Assembly (NCBI GenBank): GCA_963706575.1
Contig: CAVPNL010000015.1
Location: 160,001-224,000 of the forward strand
Direction of reading: 5' to 3'
Length of the DNA: 64,000 nucleotides
Origin: an uncultured delta proteobacterium
GTDB taxonomy: Bacteria; Desulfobacterota; Desulfobacteria; Desulfobacterales; JAHEIW01
A program made the position numbers and the translations under genes. The notes below the pieces were generated by a model that was not told where the DNA came from, did not search any database, and saw only the letters and a list, made by a program, of their open reading frames with translations. Within the stretch, counting starts at the first letter, position 1. Each line of letters begins with the position of its first letter. Shown here piece after piece: positions 29,072 to 41,223 of this stretch.

Positions 29072-30782
29072 TCACGACAGCGCAATGCCGTATTTTTGCA
29101 TCTTGCGGTAGATGGTGCGGCGGCTGATGCCCAGCAGCCCGGCGGCCCGGGACTTGTTCCAGCGGGCTTTGCGCAGGGCCCGGCGGATGGCTTCGGCCTC
29201 CTGGTGCTGCGCTGCACGGGCGGCGACCCGGTCGGCACTGCCCGGTGAAGCTCGCGGAACTCGGCCGGCAGGTGGATCCAGGGTGATGACGCCGCCTCGT
29301 GGCAGCGGACAAAGGCGTGCTCCAGGGTGTTTTCCAGTTCGCGCACGTTGCCCGGCCAGTGGTGGTTCTGGAACATGGTCCACACGTCGGTGGAAACGCC
29401 CTTGATCTTTTTGCCGAACTTCCGGTTGAAAACGGCCAGAAAGTGCTCGACCAGCAGGGGGATGTCGTCGCGGCGCTCGCGCAGAGGCGGCAGCTGGATC
29501 TCCACCACCTTCAGGCGGTAGTAGAGATCTTCACGGAACTTCCCCCCGGCCACTTCGCCTGCAGGTCCTGGTTGGTGGCCGCCACCACCCGCACGTCCAC
29601 CCGGATCGGGGTGGAGTCTCCGACCCGCTCGAACTCCATGGTTTCGAGCACGCGCAGCAGGCGCAGCTGCATGCGCGGGGAGATTTCGCCGATTTCGTCC
29701 AGAAACAGGGTGCCGCCGTCGGCGCGCTGAAAACGGCCGACCTGTCTTTGACCGCACCGGTGAACGCGCCGACCACGTGGCCGAACAGCTCGCTTTCGAG
29801 CAGGTTTTCCGACAGGGCGGCGCAGTTGACCTTGACCAGGGGCCCGTTCCGCCGCTCGCCGCTGCGGTGCAGATCTCGACCACCAGCTCCTTGCCGGTGC
29901 CGCTCTCCCCGGTGACCAGCACGGTGGTCTGGACGTCGGCCAGGTCCTCGATCAGGGACTCGGACCTTGCGGATCTCCTCGCTTTTGCCCACGATGGGGC
30001 CGGTTCCTGCTTTCCTTGAGTCTGCGCTTTCCAGCTCGACAAGGCGCGTTTCATCGCGGATCACCATCACGGCGCCGGTGAACTCATCGGCCGGACCCAG
30101 CAGGGGGGAGGCGGTCAGGCTGACCACCTGGCGCCGGCCGGAGTTCGAACCGGCACTCGACGTAGCGGATTTCCACCGCCTGGCGGGTTTCCAGGATTTC
30201 ATGGAGCGCTTCGATGCACTTGCCCTGGCAGCGTCTGGCCAGCGCGCGGACGGGTTTGCCGATGACCTCGTCGCGCTGCGATACCGCAGATGCGGGTGGC
30301 GGCCTCGTTGATCTCGACCACCACCATGTTCTCGTCCACCGTAACGATGCCGTCCTTGACGCTGCGGAAGATCGCTTCGAAGTTCAGGCGGCAGTTTTCC
30401 TTTTCCTCGGTCACCGCCTTGTGCTTGAGGGCCAGGCGGCGGACCGCAGCAGGGTATCCTGGCGGATCGGCTTGATGATGTAGTCCAGGGCGCCGAGGCG
30501 CAGGGATTCGGTCGCGGTTTCGATGCTGGGCACCCCGGTGATCATGACCACCGGCAGACTCGGGCCGGTCTTCCCGGACCGTCTTGAGCAGGTCGATGCC
30601 GCGTTCTGCCTCCAGGACGATGTCCACGTACATCAAATCGAAGTCGCTTTCCTCGCATCAATGATGACCGCTTCGTCGTAGCTGGCGGTAGCGGTGACCC
30701 GTATGCCCTCTTCGGAAAGGAAAAGGTCGAACGTGTAACGGATGCTCTCCTCGTCGTCGACGACCAGAATTTTTCCATCCAT
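29072..30782 (-). pseudogene. REC-PAS-AAA+-HTH sigma54-dependent activator, many frameshifts
   Basis: [81 protein letters not shown] in different frames. Confidence 0.85.
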
Positions 30783-30792
30783 GATTCAGTCC

Positions 30793-32870
30793 TCAGACGG
30801 TTTTTCCCTGTCCGGCGGGCAGATCGACGCTGACGCGGGTGAACTCGCCTTCACGGCTGTCGATCGTCAGTCGTCCGCCGTGATCGTTCACGATGCCGTG
30901 GCTGATGCTCAGCCCCAGCCCGGTGCGTTTGCCTTCGGTTTTGGTGGAAAAAAACGGATTACGTACCTTGCCGATGATCTCTGGCCGGGATCCCGGTGCC
31001 CTGGTCGCAGAACGACATCCGAACATACGGACAGCCGAGTCGCCCTGTGACGTTTCGGCGATGATCTCCAGCAGCTTGTTCTTATCAGGCTGCGGGATAC
31101 TTCTGGTTCAGGGCATGGCGGGCGTTGCTGATGATGTTGACAAACACCTGCTCGATCTCATGGGCCTGGGCCCGATCAGCGGGGAGATCTGCCGGCGATG
31201 TCCTTCTTCACAACGATGTTGTCTTTGCGCATCTGGGCGCCGGTCAACGCCAGGGAATCGGCACAGGACGTCTTCCACCGCAACCAGTGCTTTTTCCTCC
31301 TGCGCCGGGCGCAAAGGACAGCAGCCCCTCGACGATCCGGGCGATCCGGTCGCCTTCTTTGATCATGCGTCCGCCAGATTCGTGGACCAGGCTGTTTGCG
31401 CTGCTTTTGTTGACCAGAATCTGGGCGTAGTTGATGATGCCGTTGATCGGGTTGTTGATTTCATGGGCGACCCCGGCCGCCATCTCGCCCAGGGCCGCCA
31501 GTTGCTCGGCGCGCATCATGGCGGCCATGGAAGCCTTCTTGGCGGTGACATCTCTCAGCAAAACGACTACTTTTTCTTCCTCATCCACATCCCTGACCGG
31601 TGTATAGAGCCTGTTCAAAAGACCGGCCGTCCGCTGTTTCAAACTCGTGCTGTTGAATCTTACCGGTCCCGAGGGCCTCTCGCATCAAACAGGGCTCACA
31701 CGGGGTGCCCTTTTGCCGAAAGGCACTGAAGCAGGGTTTGTTCTGGCAGTCACCGATACATTCTTTGAGGCTCTTATTCTGGTATTCAATAACCAGATCG
31801 GTGTTGACGATGCTGACCCCTTCCGTCAGGTTGGACAGGATCCGGTTCAGCTTGTCGCGTTCGGACAGAATCGCCTCTTGAGCGTTTTTGAGGTCGGTGA
31901 TATCCTGAAACGATTCGACAATCCCGACGACCTCCCCGTCCGATCCCGAGAAGGGGGTGGCGGTCAGGATGCTCGGGATACTGATCCCGTCCGCCCGCTG
32001 TTTATCCACATAGCATTCCACTGCCTGCTCTCCGGCAATAATGAGCGTCAGGGGGCATTCGGGGGTCGCGCACATGGAACCCGCAAAAACCTCATAGCAT
32101 TTTCTTCCGACGGCATCCGCCTCGTTTACACTGGTCATGTTCGCAAAGGTCCTGTTAATTTTGAGAACATTAAAATCACGGTCGACCACCCGCATACCCA
32201 CCGAAGCGGTCTGAAAAATCTGATCCAGTTCGGCATGGGCCAGCTGCAGGTCCTGTTCCATTTTTTTGCGGTCGCTCAGGTCAAAAAACGCCTCCAGCAG
32301 ATGGTCTTTTCCGTTATATTTAACATGCGTCACGCTTTTAAGTATAGGCAGATTTTCGCCTTCGGCGGTCAGCAGTAATCGCTCCGATTGGTCGATGGTC
32401 TTCCCAAGGTCCAGCACCGGGCAGCTGCCTTTGTCGGCCGGGCACAGGTGTTTGTGGCAGACATGGCCTTCAATGGACTGCTTGGTGGAACCGATCATCT
32501 TAAGGGCGTTGGTGTTAACCCAGCTGACCTTTCGATTCTGCGAATCGACGAGCATTATCCCGGCGGGGTTGTTTTCCAGGATCTCGCTGAGCTCCTTTTC
32601 ACGTTCGTGCAACTCGGCTTCAGCCCGCCGGCGCATGCTGATGCTGTACTGGGCGTAGATGCTGAAGACGATCAGAAGGGTGACCACCAGAACGCGCTTC
32701 CAGGTTTCATGCAGGTCGGGATTCAGTATTTGGGAAACGAGGTTGCCTTCCTGAAAAAAAATGACATGGATCCAGGATTCGAGAAACCAGTAGAACAAAC
32801 CCAGGCCGATGCCGATCCATATAAAATTTTGGGTCGATACCAAGGGGGTTGATTTAGCGGGGTAATGCAT
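30793..32870 (-). pseudogene. membrane-bound multi-PAS sensor histidine kinase, frameshifted in the 3' third
   Basis: two TM helices, three Cys-rich PAS domains, H-box GEMAAGVAHEINNP, FFSTK...TGLGLSISHGIV. Confidence 0.85.
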
Positions 32871-33193
32871 TTTTACCCTCCTGATTGGCGACGGAATTCG
32901 GCGCATTTTATTTTAAGCCGACCCCGAGCCGGCTTCTTCTATCTTGGAGCATCTCTAGAAAACAGGGAAAGGTCAGCGACTGAATGCATTGTTCCGTTCA
33001 ACAACGTCAACCATTACGTGGCGGGCACAGAATCATCTGCTTTATCGTTGCCAAACTACGTCAAACGACGCTGGCGTGTCAAGCCTAAACGCGTGTGATT
33101 CCGGAAGCTTAAATATTAACGATCTCAGAATTCAAAGATAAACGGTGGAATCCCCCCTTGCAGTAAGCGGCAAGTGCTTGATCCAATACCTAA

Positions 33194-33208
33194 CCAAAAA
33201 GCATGCCA
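33194..33208 (-). promoter_or_regulatory. sigma54 -24/-12 promoter upstream of the kinase-activator operon
   Basis: TGGCAT-GCTTT-TTGG on the minus strand. Confidence 0.55.
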
Positions 33209-33319
33209 CCGGTCGCCGGCGGTGTTGGTCTTGATGTCGAGTAAGTATTTTTTATAATGATTTTAATAATTTATTGTTTTATTGCATTGGGGAAGACAAC
33301 CGGGACCTATCGCCGGAAG

Positions 33320-33365
33320 TGTGTCATGGCACAAAGTGTGACGACATACTGTGTGTCATGACACA
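33320..33365. promoter_or_regulatory. putative enhancer (UAS) B
   Basis: TGTGTCATGGCACA and the perfect palindrome TGTGTCATGACACA, 32 bp apart. Confidence 0.75.
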
Positions 33366-33750
33366 CAATGTGCATTCTTCGGGTGACATTGACAAAAAGC
33401 TGAAACGTGGGCAATACAAAAGGGGAACAATTGAAGACCTCGGTGTATCCGATCGGTTTGATCCGGCCACCGGCCTTTTTCCTGGTATAAATACAATCAA
33501 TTTAACATGTTATTTTTGTGGATAAGCATCACAAATCCAGAAAAAGTGAGAAATAGCGATTAAGGACATGCCCAATTTGGATACTTGCATATTTTTGTGG
33601 ACTTGCACTTGCAATATGCAGTTGGTCACTGGCCGGACTATGGTCGGAAGTGCTCTATTGTATAATACGGATATTGACCGAGGACTATTGGCAAAAGTTT
33701 TTAGCGAAGTAGAGAGGATACCGCCAGTATCTTTGAGAACCTCTCGAACC

Positions 33751-33785
33751 AAGGATAATGCAAGTATTCGTAACTTTTCGATTCG
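33751..33785 (+). repeat. 35-bp direct repeat, right copy
   Basis: AAGGATAATGCAAGTATTCGTAACTTTTCGATTCG. Confidence 0.9.
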
Positions 33786-33950
33786 TCTAAAAAAGGCTAC
33801 TGGCAGATGAAGTCATGGGTACAGTTAAAAATTTTACGACCCAACAATCATACCATTATTGAACAGATTAAAATTGATACAAATTAACCAATGAAGTTAT
33901 CATCTGTGAACGATTGAAATAGGAGTTGACTGAAAAGAAACTTAATGTTA

Positions 33951-33969
33951 ATAGAAAATGATTATTATT
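33951..33969 (+). promoter_or_regulatory. Fur/Per box-like operator overlapping the perR promoter
   Basis: ATAGAAAATGATTATTATT downstream of TTGACT at 33926. Confidence 0.55.
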
Positions 33970-33988
33970 TAGGATAAAGAGGCTTCAG

Positions 33989-34432
33989 TTGGCAGACCAT
34001 AAAAAAAGATTTGAAATCATCATCCAAAAATTAAGGGATAATGGCCACAGGATAACGCCTCAGCGGCTGGCTATCGTTAAAATTCTTGCCAAAAGTGAAG
34101 GCCATCCCAGTGTTGAAAATATCCATGTCCAGATAAAAAAAGACTTTCCGACAATGAGTCTTGCCACTGTATACAAAAATATTGTATTAATTAAATCAGT
34201 TGGTGAAGTTCTTGAGTTAGGGTTCCCGGATGGGAGCAACCGATATGATGGAAACAGGCCTAACCCCCATCCACACGTCGTCTGTATCAGGTGCAAAAAA
34301 ATTGTCGACCCAGATCTGGATAACCTGGATGAAATGGAAAAAGAGGTCGCATTAGAGACTAATTTTAAAATTCTGAATCATAGGTTGGACTTTTTCGGTA
34401 TATGCAGCAATTGTATGGCAGAGCAAGTTTAA
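33989..34432 (+). CDS. perR: PerR-like Fur-family repressor
   Basis: RITPQR, HPS, SLATVYK, RYD, HPHVVCIRC, KIVD (Asp as in PerR), CSNC; next to katG. Confidence 0.85.
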   Translation: MADHKKRFEIIIQKLRDNGHRITPQRLAIVKILAKSEGHPSVENIHVQIKKDFPTMSLATVYKNIVLIKSVGEVLELGFPDGSNRYDGNRPNPHPHVVCIRCKKIVDPDLDNLDEMEKEVALETNFKILNHRLDFFGICSNCMAEQV

Positions 34433-34549
34433 TACAGATTTTGCGCTCAAAAAATGGTGCGATGTTGTTCTAACGATCCTTCAAGTCCGCTAAAGTTAAT
34501 TAGATAGATGGGCACCGACGCACGATATTCATAGCAGCACGGTGCCTAA

Positions 34550-36787
<2,238 letters not shown>

Positions 36788-36915
36788 TCGTAGCAAAAAC
36801 GTCTTCGAGGGCTCCTGAAGCGTATTCTGAACTGTAAACCGGATGATCAGGAAGCGATAACCGCCACGAATTGACGGATGTTTTGAACATACACGGAGGC
36901 TACTAACAACATATA

Positions 36916-36951
36916 AGGGCGGCGTTTCAATACAATCTGAAACGCCGCCCT
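36916..36951 (+). terminator. hairpin terminator after katG
   Basis: AGGGCGGCGTTTCA-N8-TGAAACGCCGCCCT. Confidence 0.7.
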
Positions 36952-36999
36952 CTCTTTAGTCCCTTACAGTCTGCCGGTCACATAATCGGAGCCAAAAAC

Positions 37000-37067
37000 A
37001 CATAACAAGCGCCTCAAGGGTGACACCTTCCGCGCTGCTCAAGGCGCGCCTTAGGCGAGCGTTCAAG
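37000..37067 (+). mobile_element. solitary integron attC-like site
   Basis: ACATAAC-AAG-CGCCTCAAGG...CCTTAGGCG-AGC-GTT with an unpaired C in the L box; VCR-like ends. Confidence 0.65.
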
Positions 37068-37514
37068 GATTATTATCCTAAGCGCAAACTCTTGACACTT
37101 TGAAAAATTCAAGGATACCAGATGCTATACTTAACTTGCCCCGGTTGGAAATTGAGTTTAAGATTTTAGCCTGGATCTATCGGATGCGAAGCGTGAATTG
37201 TTGAAAATACCACTCTTTTTCTGATTGTATGGCCATACCATATATTGAGGTGCTGGTCTGGCTTTGTTGGACAAAATCAGGAAGGGTAAAATTTTCTTCG
37301 GCCCAAGGGTCTTGATATCGAAAATCCAAAAGGATCATTTTCTGCCTCCTTTTCTGTTTTAATAGAAATATCAGGCAGATAATGACCCTTTCTACCTCTA
37401 AGAGTCAATCATCATTTTGTTACGGGTACTGGCTATGCTTCCACAATAGCTATATTTTATAGATAGCTTACCAAAATCTAAAATAAATTGCCTATTAGAA
37501 TCTCCTGTAGATCG

Positions 37515-37811
37515 CTATTTTAATTTTTCTTTGACCGACGCCACTTTGCTTTTCAGGCGGCCGGAAGGCCCTTTACGATAGTCGGCTTTCAACGACAGGT
37601 TTATCCGGCCACTGTCTTTCTGCATCTCCTGAAAACATCGATCCACCAGGGCCATCACCTCGCTCCATTCGCCTTCCACACAGGTCCCCATGGGATTGAG
37701 CTCGTAAGGCAAACCGCTAGCTTGAATCGTTTTAAGCGCCCGGGCGACATACGGGCTCAGGCTTTCACCTTTGTCCATCGGAAAAATTGAAAACTCAACA
37801 ATTACGCTCAT
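37515..37811 (-). CDS. MTH1187/thiamine-binding family protein
   Basis: FSIFPM...SLSPYVA...YELNPMGTCVEG...DYR. Confidence 0.88.
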   Translation of the reverse strand: MSVIVEFSIFPMDKGESLSPYVARALKTIQASGLPYELNPMGTCVEGEWSEVMALVDRCFQEMQKDSGRINLSLKADYRKGPSGRLKSKVASVKEKLK

Positions 37812-37894
37812 GGGAACCTCCCTCATATCGAATTATGAATTTACGGGTTTAATTTGTCCTTATAGAGCTAGAAGTACACAGTGGTCAAAATCCG

Positions 37895-38001
37895 GTTCGT
37901 TATTTGTTAATCGCTATTCGTTATTGGTATTGACAGGTATGAAACTAAAACAAATGACAACAACGCCGCACTCTAATTACAGATAACTAATAACCAATAA
38001 C
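37895..38001. repeat. inverted heptamer tandem repeat (GTTATT/AATAAC type)
   Basis: complementary 7-mer arms. Confidence 0.65.
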
Positions 38002-38076
38002 TGTTTCTGAAAACCGCCTCAGTTCACTCATGAAAAAGGTAATTCAAAAGTACAGAACCCCGGTCATCTCCAATAT

Positions 38077-38105
38077 TTGACAGGCTCTGCTTATTTCTTT
38101 ATACT
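38077..38105 (+). promoter_or_regulatory. sigma70 promoter
   Basis: TTGACA-N17-TATACT. Confidence 0.7.
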
Positions 38106-38184
38106 TCTCACCTTTTTAAAAATACATTTTACGTCAGCTGTCAATAATATCTCTTTTCCAATCACTGGCCTCGAGGAGGAAACC

Positions 38185-40668
38185 ATGGAGCAGGTCGCAT
38201 CTAAAAACTACCGGATACATTTGATTCCCGATATGACGAATTTTACGTTCGCCGGCAAGGTAACGCTTCTGGTTGACGCCCCCGCTGCTATTGAAGCACT
38301 GGGTTTAAACATCCTCGATCTTGCTATTTTAAGCTGTGCCGTCGAACAAAATCACGATTGGGTTGAATGTGCATTCGAAACGGATGTTGAAAAAGAAGAA
38401 TTGCAGATTTTGCTTCCTCATCAAATGCAAGGGGCCATCCGGATAGAGATTCGCTATGAGGGTCAAATTAACGACAAAATGGCCGGTTTTTATCGGAGTC
38501 AATATACCCATTCGGGCAAAACCCAATATATCGCAGTAACCCAATTTGAGGAAAGTGATGCCAGAAAAGCGTTTCCTTGCATGGACCACCCCGCCAAAAA
38601 GGCGACCTTCGATATCATCATGGACATTGACCGGGATCTGGTGGCAATTTCCAATGGTGCCATCGCCCAGGAAACTTTACTGGATAACGGAAAAAAGCGG
38701 GTAACCTTCGAACAGACTCCTAAAATGTCCACTTATTTGGTGTTTTTCGGGATCGGTGAGTTTGAATTTACCGTGGACAAAGAAGACCCGCGGGTTCGGG
38801 TGGCCACCTTGCCCGGAATGAAGCCTTACGCAACGTTTGGCCTGGAGTTTGGTCGCAAATCCCTGGCATTCAGCGAGGATTACTACGGCATCCCCTACCC
38901 GCTTCCCAAAATGGATCTGATTGCGATACCTGATTTTGCCTTCGGGGCCATGGAAAACTGGGGGGCGATTACCTTTCGTGAAAATTTGCTGCTGCATTAT
39001 CCGCAGATTACCTCTAAATCCGGCGAAGAACGCATATGTGAAGTCATCGCCCACGAGATTGCCCATCAGTGGTTCGGCAATCTGGTGACCCCTGCGGACT
39101 GGAAATATTTGTGGTTAAATGAAAGTTTTGCCACCTATTTCGGCAATGGCGTTGTTGCTTATTATTATCCGCAGTGGGAAACCTGGCAGCAGTTTTTATG
39201 GGTAAATACCGGCAGTGCCATGGCGCGGGATGCGCTGTTGGAAAATTTCGCCATTGAGATCCCGGGAGGCGAGCATGTGATTATCAATGTCAGCACGGCT
39301 CCGATTATTTACAGCAAGGGCGGCAGCATATTGCGGCAAATCGAAGGCTATATCGGCTCGGAAAATTTTAAGCAAGGTTTGCGACAATACCTCAAAACCT
39401 ATGAATATGCCACCGCCACCAGTGAGGATCTTTGGAATTCTTTAGAAAAAGTGTCCGAGCAGCCCATCGGCATCATGATGAAAAGCTGGATCGAGCAGCC
39501 GGGATTTCCCATGATCTCGGTCGAACAGAAGGGCAACAAGCTGCAATTGACCCAGCAGCGTTTTAGCTATCTACCGGCTGATTCCGACCAGATTTGGCAG
39601 GTGCCCGTCACCGTTCGGTTTTTTTCAGGCGCCGCAGAGACTGAGCGGCTGACATTTTTGATGAACAGCGCCCAGCATGAAATTGAACTCCCAAACCAAG
39701 CGGACGCCTATAAACTCAATGACCAACAAACCGGTTTTTATATCGTTCGTTACCAGGACACCGAAAATCTGGCAGCCCTCGGCCAACGGGTCGGTGATCA
39801 ATCGCTGGCACCCGAAGACCGCTGGGGCCTGCAAAACGATCTTTTTTCACTGTGCAAACGCGGCGACGTCCCGTTCAGTGAATATCTGGATTTTCTGGCC
39901 TTTTACCAGGATGAAAATGCATTTTTACCGCTGGTCAGTATTTCAAACAACCTGCAGCATGCCTACCTGGTGCTCGACGCTGAGAAGAAAGAAAAAATAT
40001 CGTCGCTCGTTCGCCCCTGGTTTGAAAAAGTACTTAAACATATCGGATTCGAACCGGGGCCTGATGAAAAACATACCAACGCTATCCTCAGGGAACAGTT
40101 GCTCTGGCATGCGGCACTGAGCGGCTCCCAAAGTGCAATTGAGTTTGCCGGCGTTCAGTTTGCAGAGTGGATGCAGGATAAACCAGTGCATCCGGATATC
40201 GTCAAAAGCGTCCTGCAGATCGCAGCATTGGGCGGCGATCAACAGACCTTTGCGTGGCTCGATCAGCGTTTTCAGTCATCGCAGATCGAACACGAACGTA
40301 TGAATATACTGGTGGCGCTGGGCTGCTTTAAAGAAAAGGTTTCGCTTCAAAACGCCCTGCAATACATTCTGGATACGGTACCGGCCCGCAATAAATTTGT
40401 GCCGGTTGTAGCGATGGCGTCCAATCCGTACGCCGTCCCCCTGCTGTGGGAATGGTATGTGTCAAATCTGGAGCAAGTCGAGCAATTTCACCCGATGTTT
40501 TATGAAAGAGTTGTCGCGGCGATTGTCCCCGTAGCCGGAATGGATAATCCAAAAGCGGTAAACAAATTTTTTGAAGATTACATGCAAAAGACCGACACCG
40601 CCAAAGATGTGATCAAACTGTCCCTGGAAAGATTAGAGATAAACCTGCGCATGCGCGCTGCTAATTAG
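38185..40668 (+). CDS. M1 family zinc aminopeptidase with ERAP1-like C-terminal domain
   Basis: TQFE, GAMENWG, HEIAHQWFGN...WLNE; RBS GAGGAG before ATG 38185. Confidence 0.93.
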   Translation: MEQVASKNYRIHLIPDMTNFTFAGKVTLLVDAPAAIEALGLNILDLAILSCAVEQNHDWVECAFETDVEKEELQILLPHQMQGAIRIEIRYEGQINDKMAGFYRSQYTHSGKTQYIAVTQFEESDARKAFPCMDHPAKKATFDIIMDIDRDLVAISNGAIAQETLLDNGKKRVTFEQTPKMSTYLVFFGIGEFEFTVDKEDPRVRVATLPGMKPYATFGLEFGRKSLAFSEDYYGIPYPLPKMDLIAIPDFAFGAMENWGAITFRENLLLHYPQITSKSGEERICEVIAHEIAHQWFGNLVTPADWKYLWLNESFATYFGNGVVAYYYPQWETWQQFLWVNTGSAMARDALLENFAIEIPGGEHVIINVSTAPIIYSKGGSILRQIEGYIGSENFKQGLRQYLKTYEYATATSEDLWNSLEKVSEQPIGIMMKSWIEQPGFPMISVEQKGNKLQLTQQRFSYLPADSDQIWQVPVTVRFFSGAAETERLTFLMNSAQHEIELPNQADAYKLNDQQTGFYIVRYQDTENLAALGQRVGDQSLAPEDRWGLQNDLFSLCKRGDVPFSEYLDFLAFYQDENAFLPLVSISNNLQHAYLVLDAEKKEKISSLVRPWFEKVLKHIGFEPGPDEKHTNAILREQLLWHAALSGSQSAIEFAGVQFAEWMQDKPVHPDIVKSVLQIAALGGDQQTFAWLDQRFQSSQIEHERMNILVALGCFKEKVSLQNALQYILDTVPARNKFVPVVAMASNPYAVPLLWEWYVSNLEQVEQFHPMFYERVVAAIVPVAGMDNPKAVNKFFEDYMQKTDTAKDVIKLSLERLEINLRMRAAN

Positions 40669-40829
40669 GATAGCATTTTAATTAACCGCAGACGCACGCA
40701 GACACACGCAGATTTTTTTTCCTTGGCCGACCTCCGCGATAAGGCTTTGCCTTCCTCGGGAGAATCTGCCAACCGAAGATACCATAATAAATATTAATAT
40801 CAAATATTTAAGCAGTCGTGCAGTTTTCC

Positions 40830-40857
40830 CGTCATGCCCGCGTCAGGCGGGCATCCA
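40830..40857. repeat. REP-like palindrome
   Basis: CGTCATGCCCGCGTCAGGCGGGCATCCA. Confidence 0.55.
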
Positions 40858-41071
40858 ATCTTTATCCCTGCGCAGAGCCTGCCCCCATGAAGATGGGGGG
40901 ATCAAAACTTAAAAAAAATGGGTATATATCCAATGGGGTGTATCGAACCGTAAAATAAAGTGTTCACCCCATTAACAGGCGGGTTCTTTTATATTAAAGA
41001 ATTTATAAGCGATATGAATTTGCAGAGAACTTAAATGCTCAGATCTTAAGCCGGGTAAATCTCATACAAGC

Positions 41072-41125
41072 TTGACAAGCAGAGCTCAATTTTCCTATAA
41101 AAGCAATCTTAGGAACCATTCCGAA
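41072..41125 (+). promoter_or_regulatory. sigma70 promoter with downstream Fur-family-like palindrome
   Basis: TTGACA-N18-TATAAA, then TTAGGAA-CCA-TTCCGAA. Confidence 0.5.
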
Positions 41126-41223
41126 TTAGGGACTGCATCCCGCATGAATGATTAATGCTTTCGGGATTATCAAAGTAAAAGTCATTTTTTCACCAACCGA
41201 TCCTTCTTTTTCTGCTCCAGGAG

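Noticed and set aside
20500..31700. Programmed ribosomal frameshifting in islet genes
   Set aside because: Shifts are numerous, at varied sites and without consistent slippery motifs; error or decay is simpler
33274..33810. Short ORFs between the kinase gene and perR
   Set aside because: No RBS or recognisable motifs; they overlap the enhancer and the direct repeat
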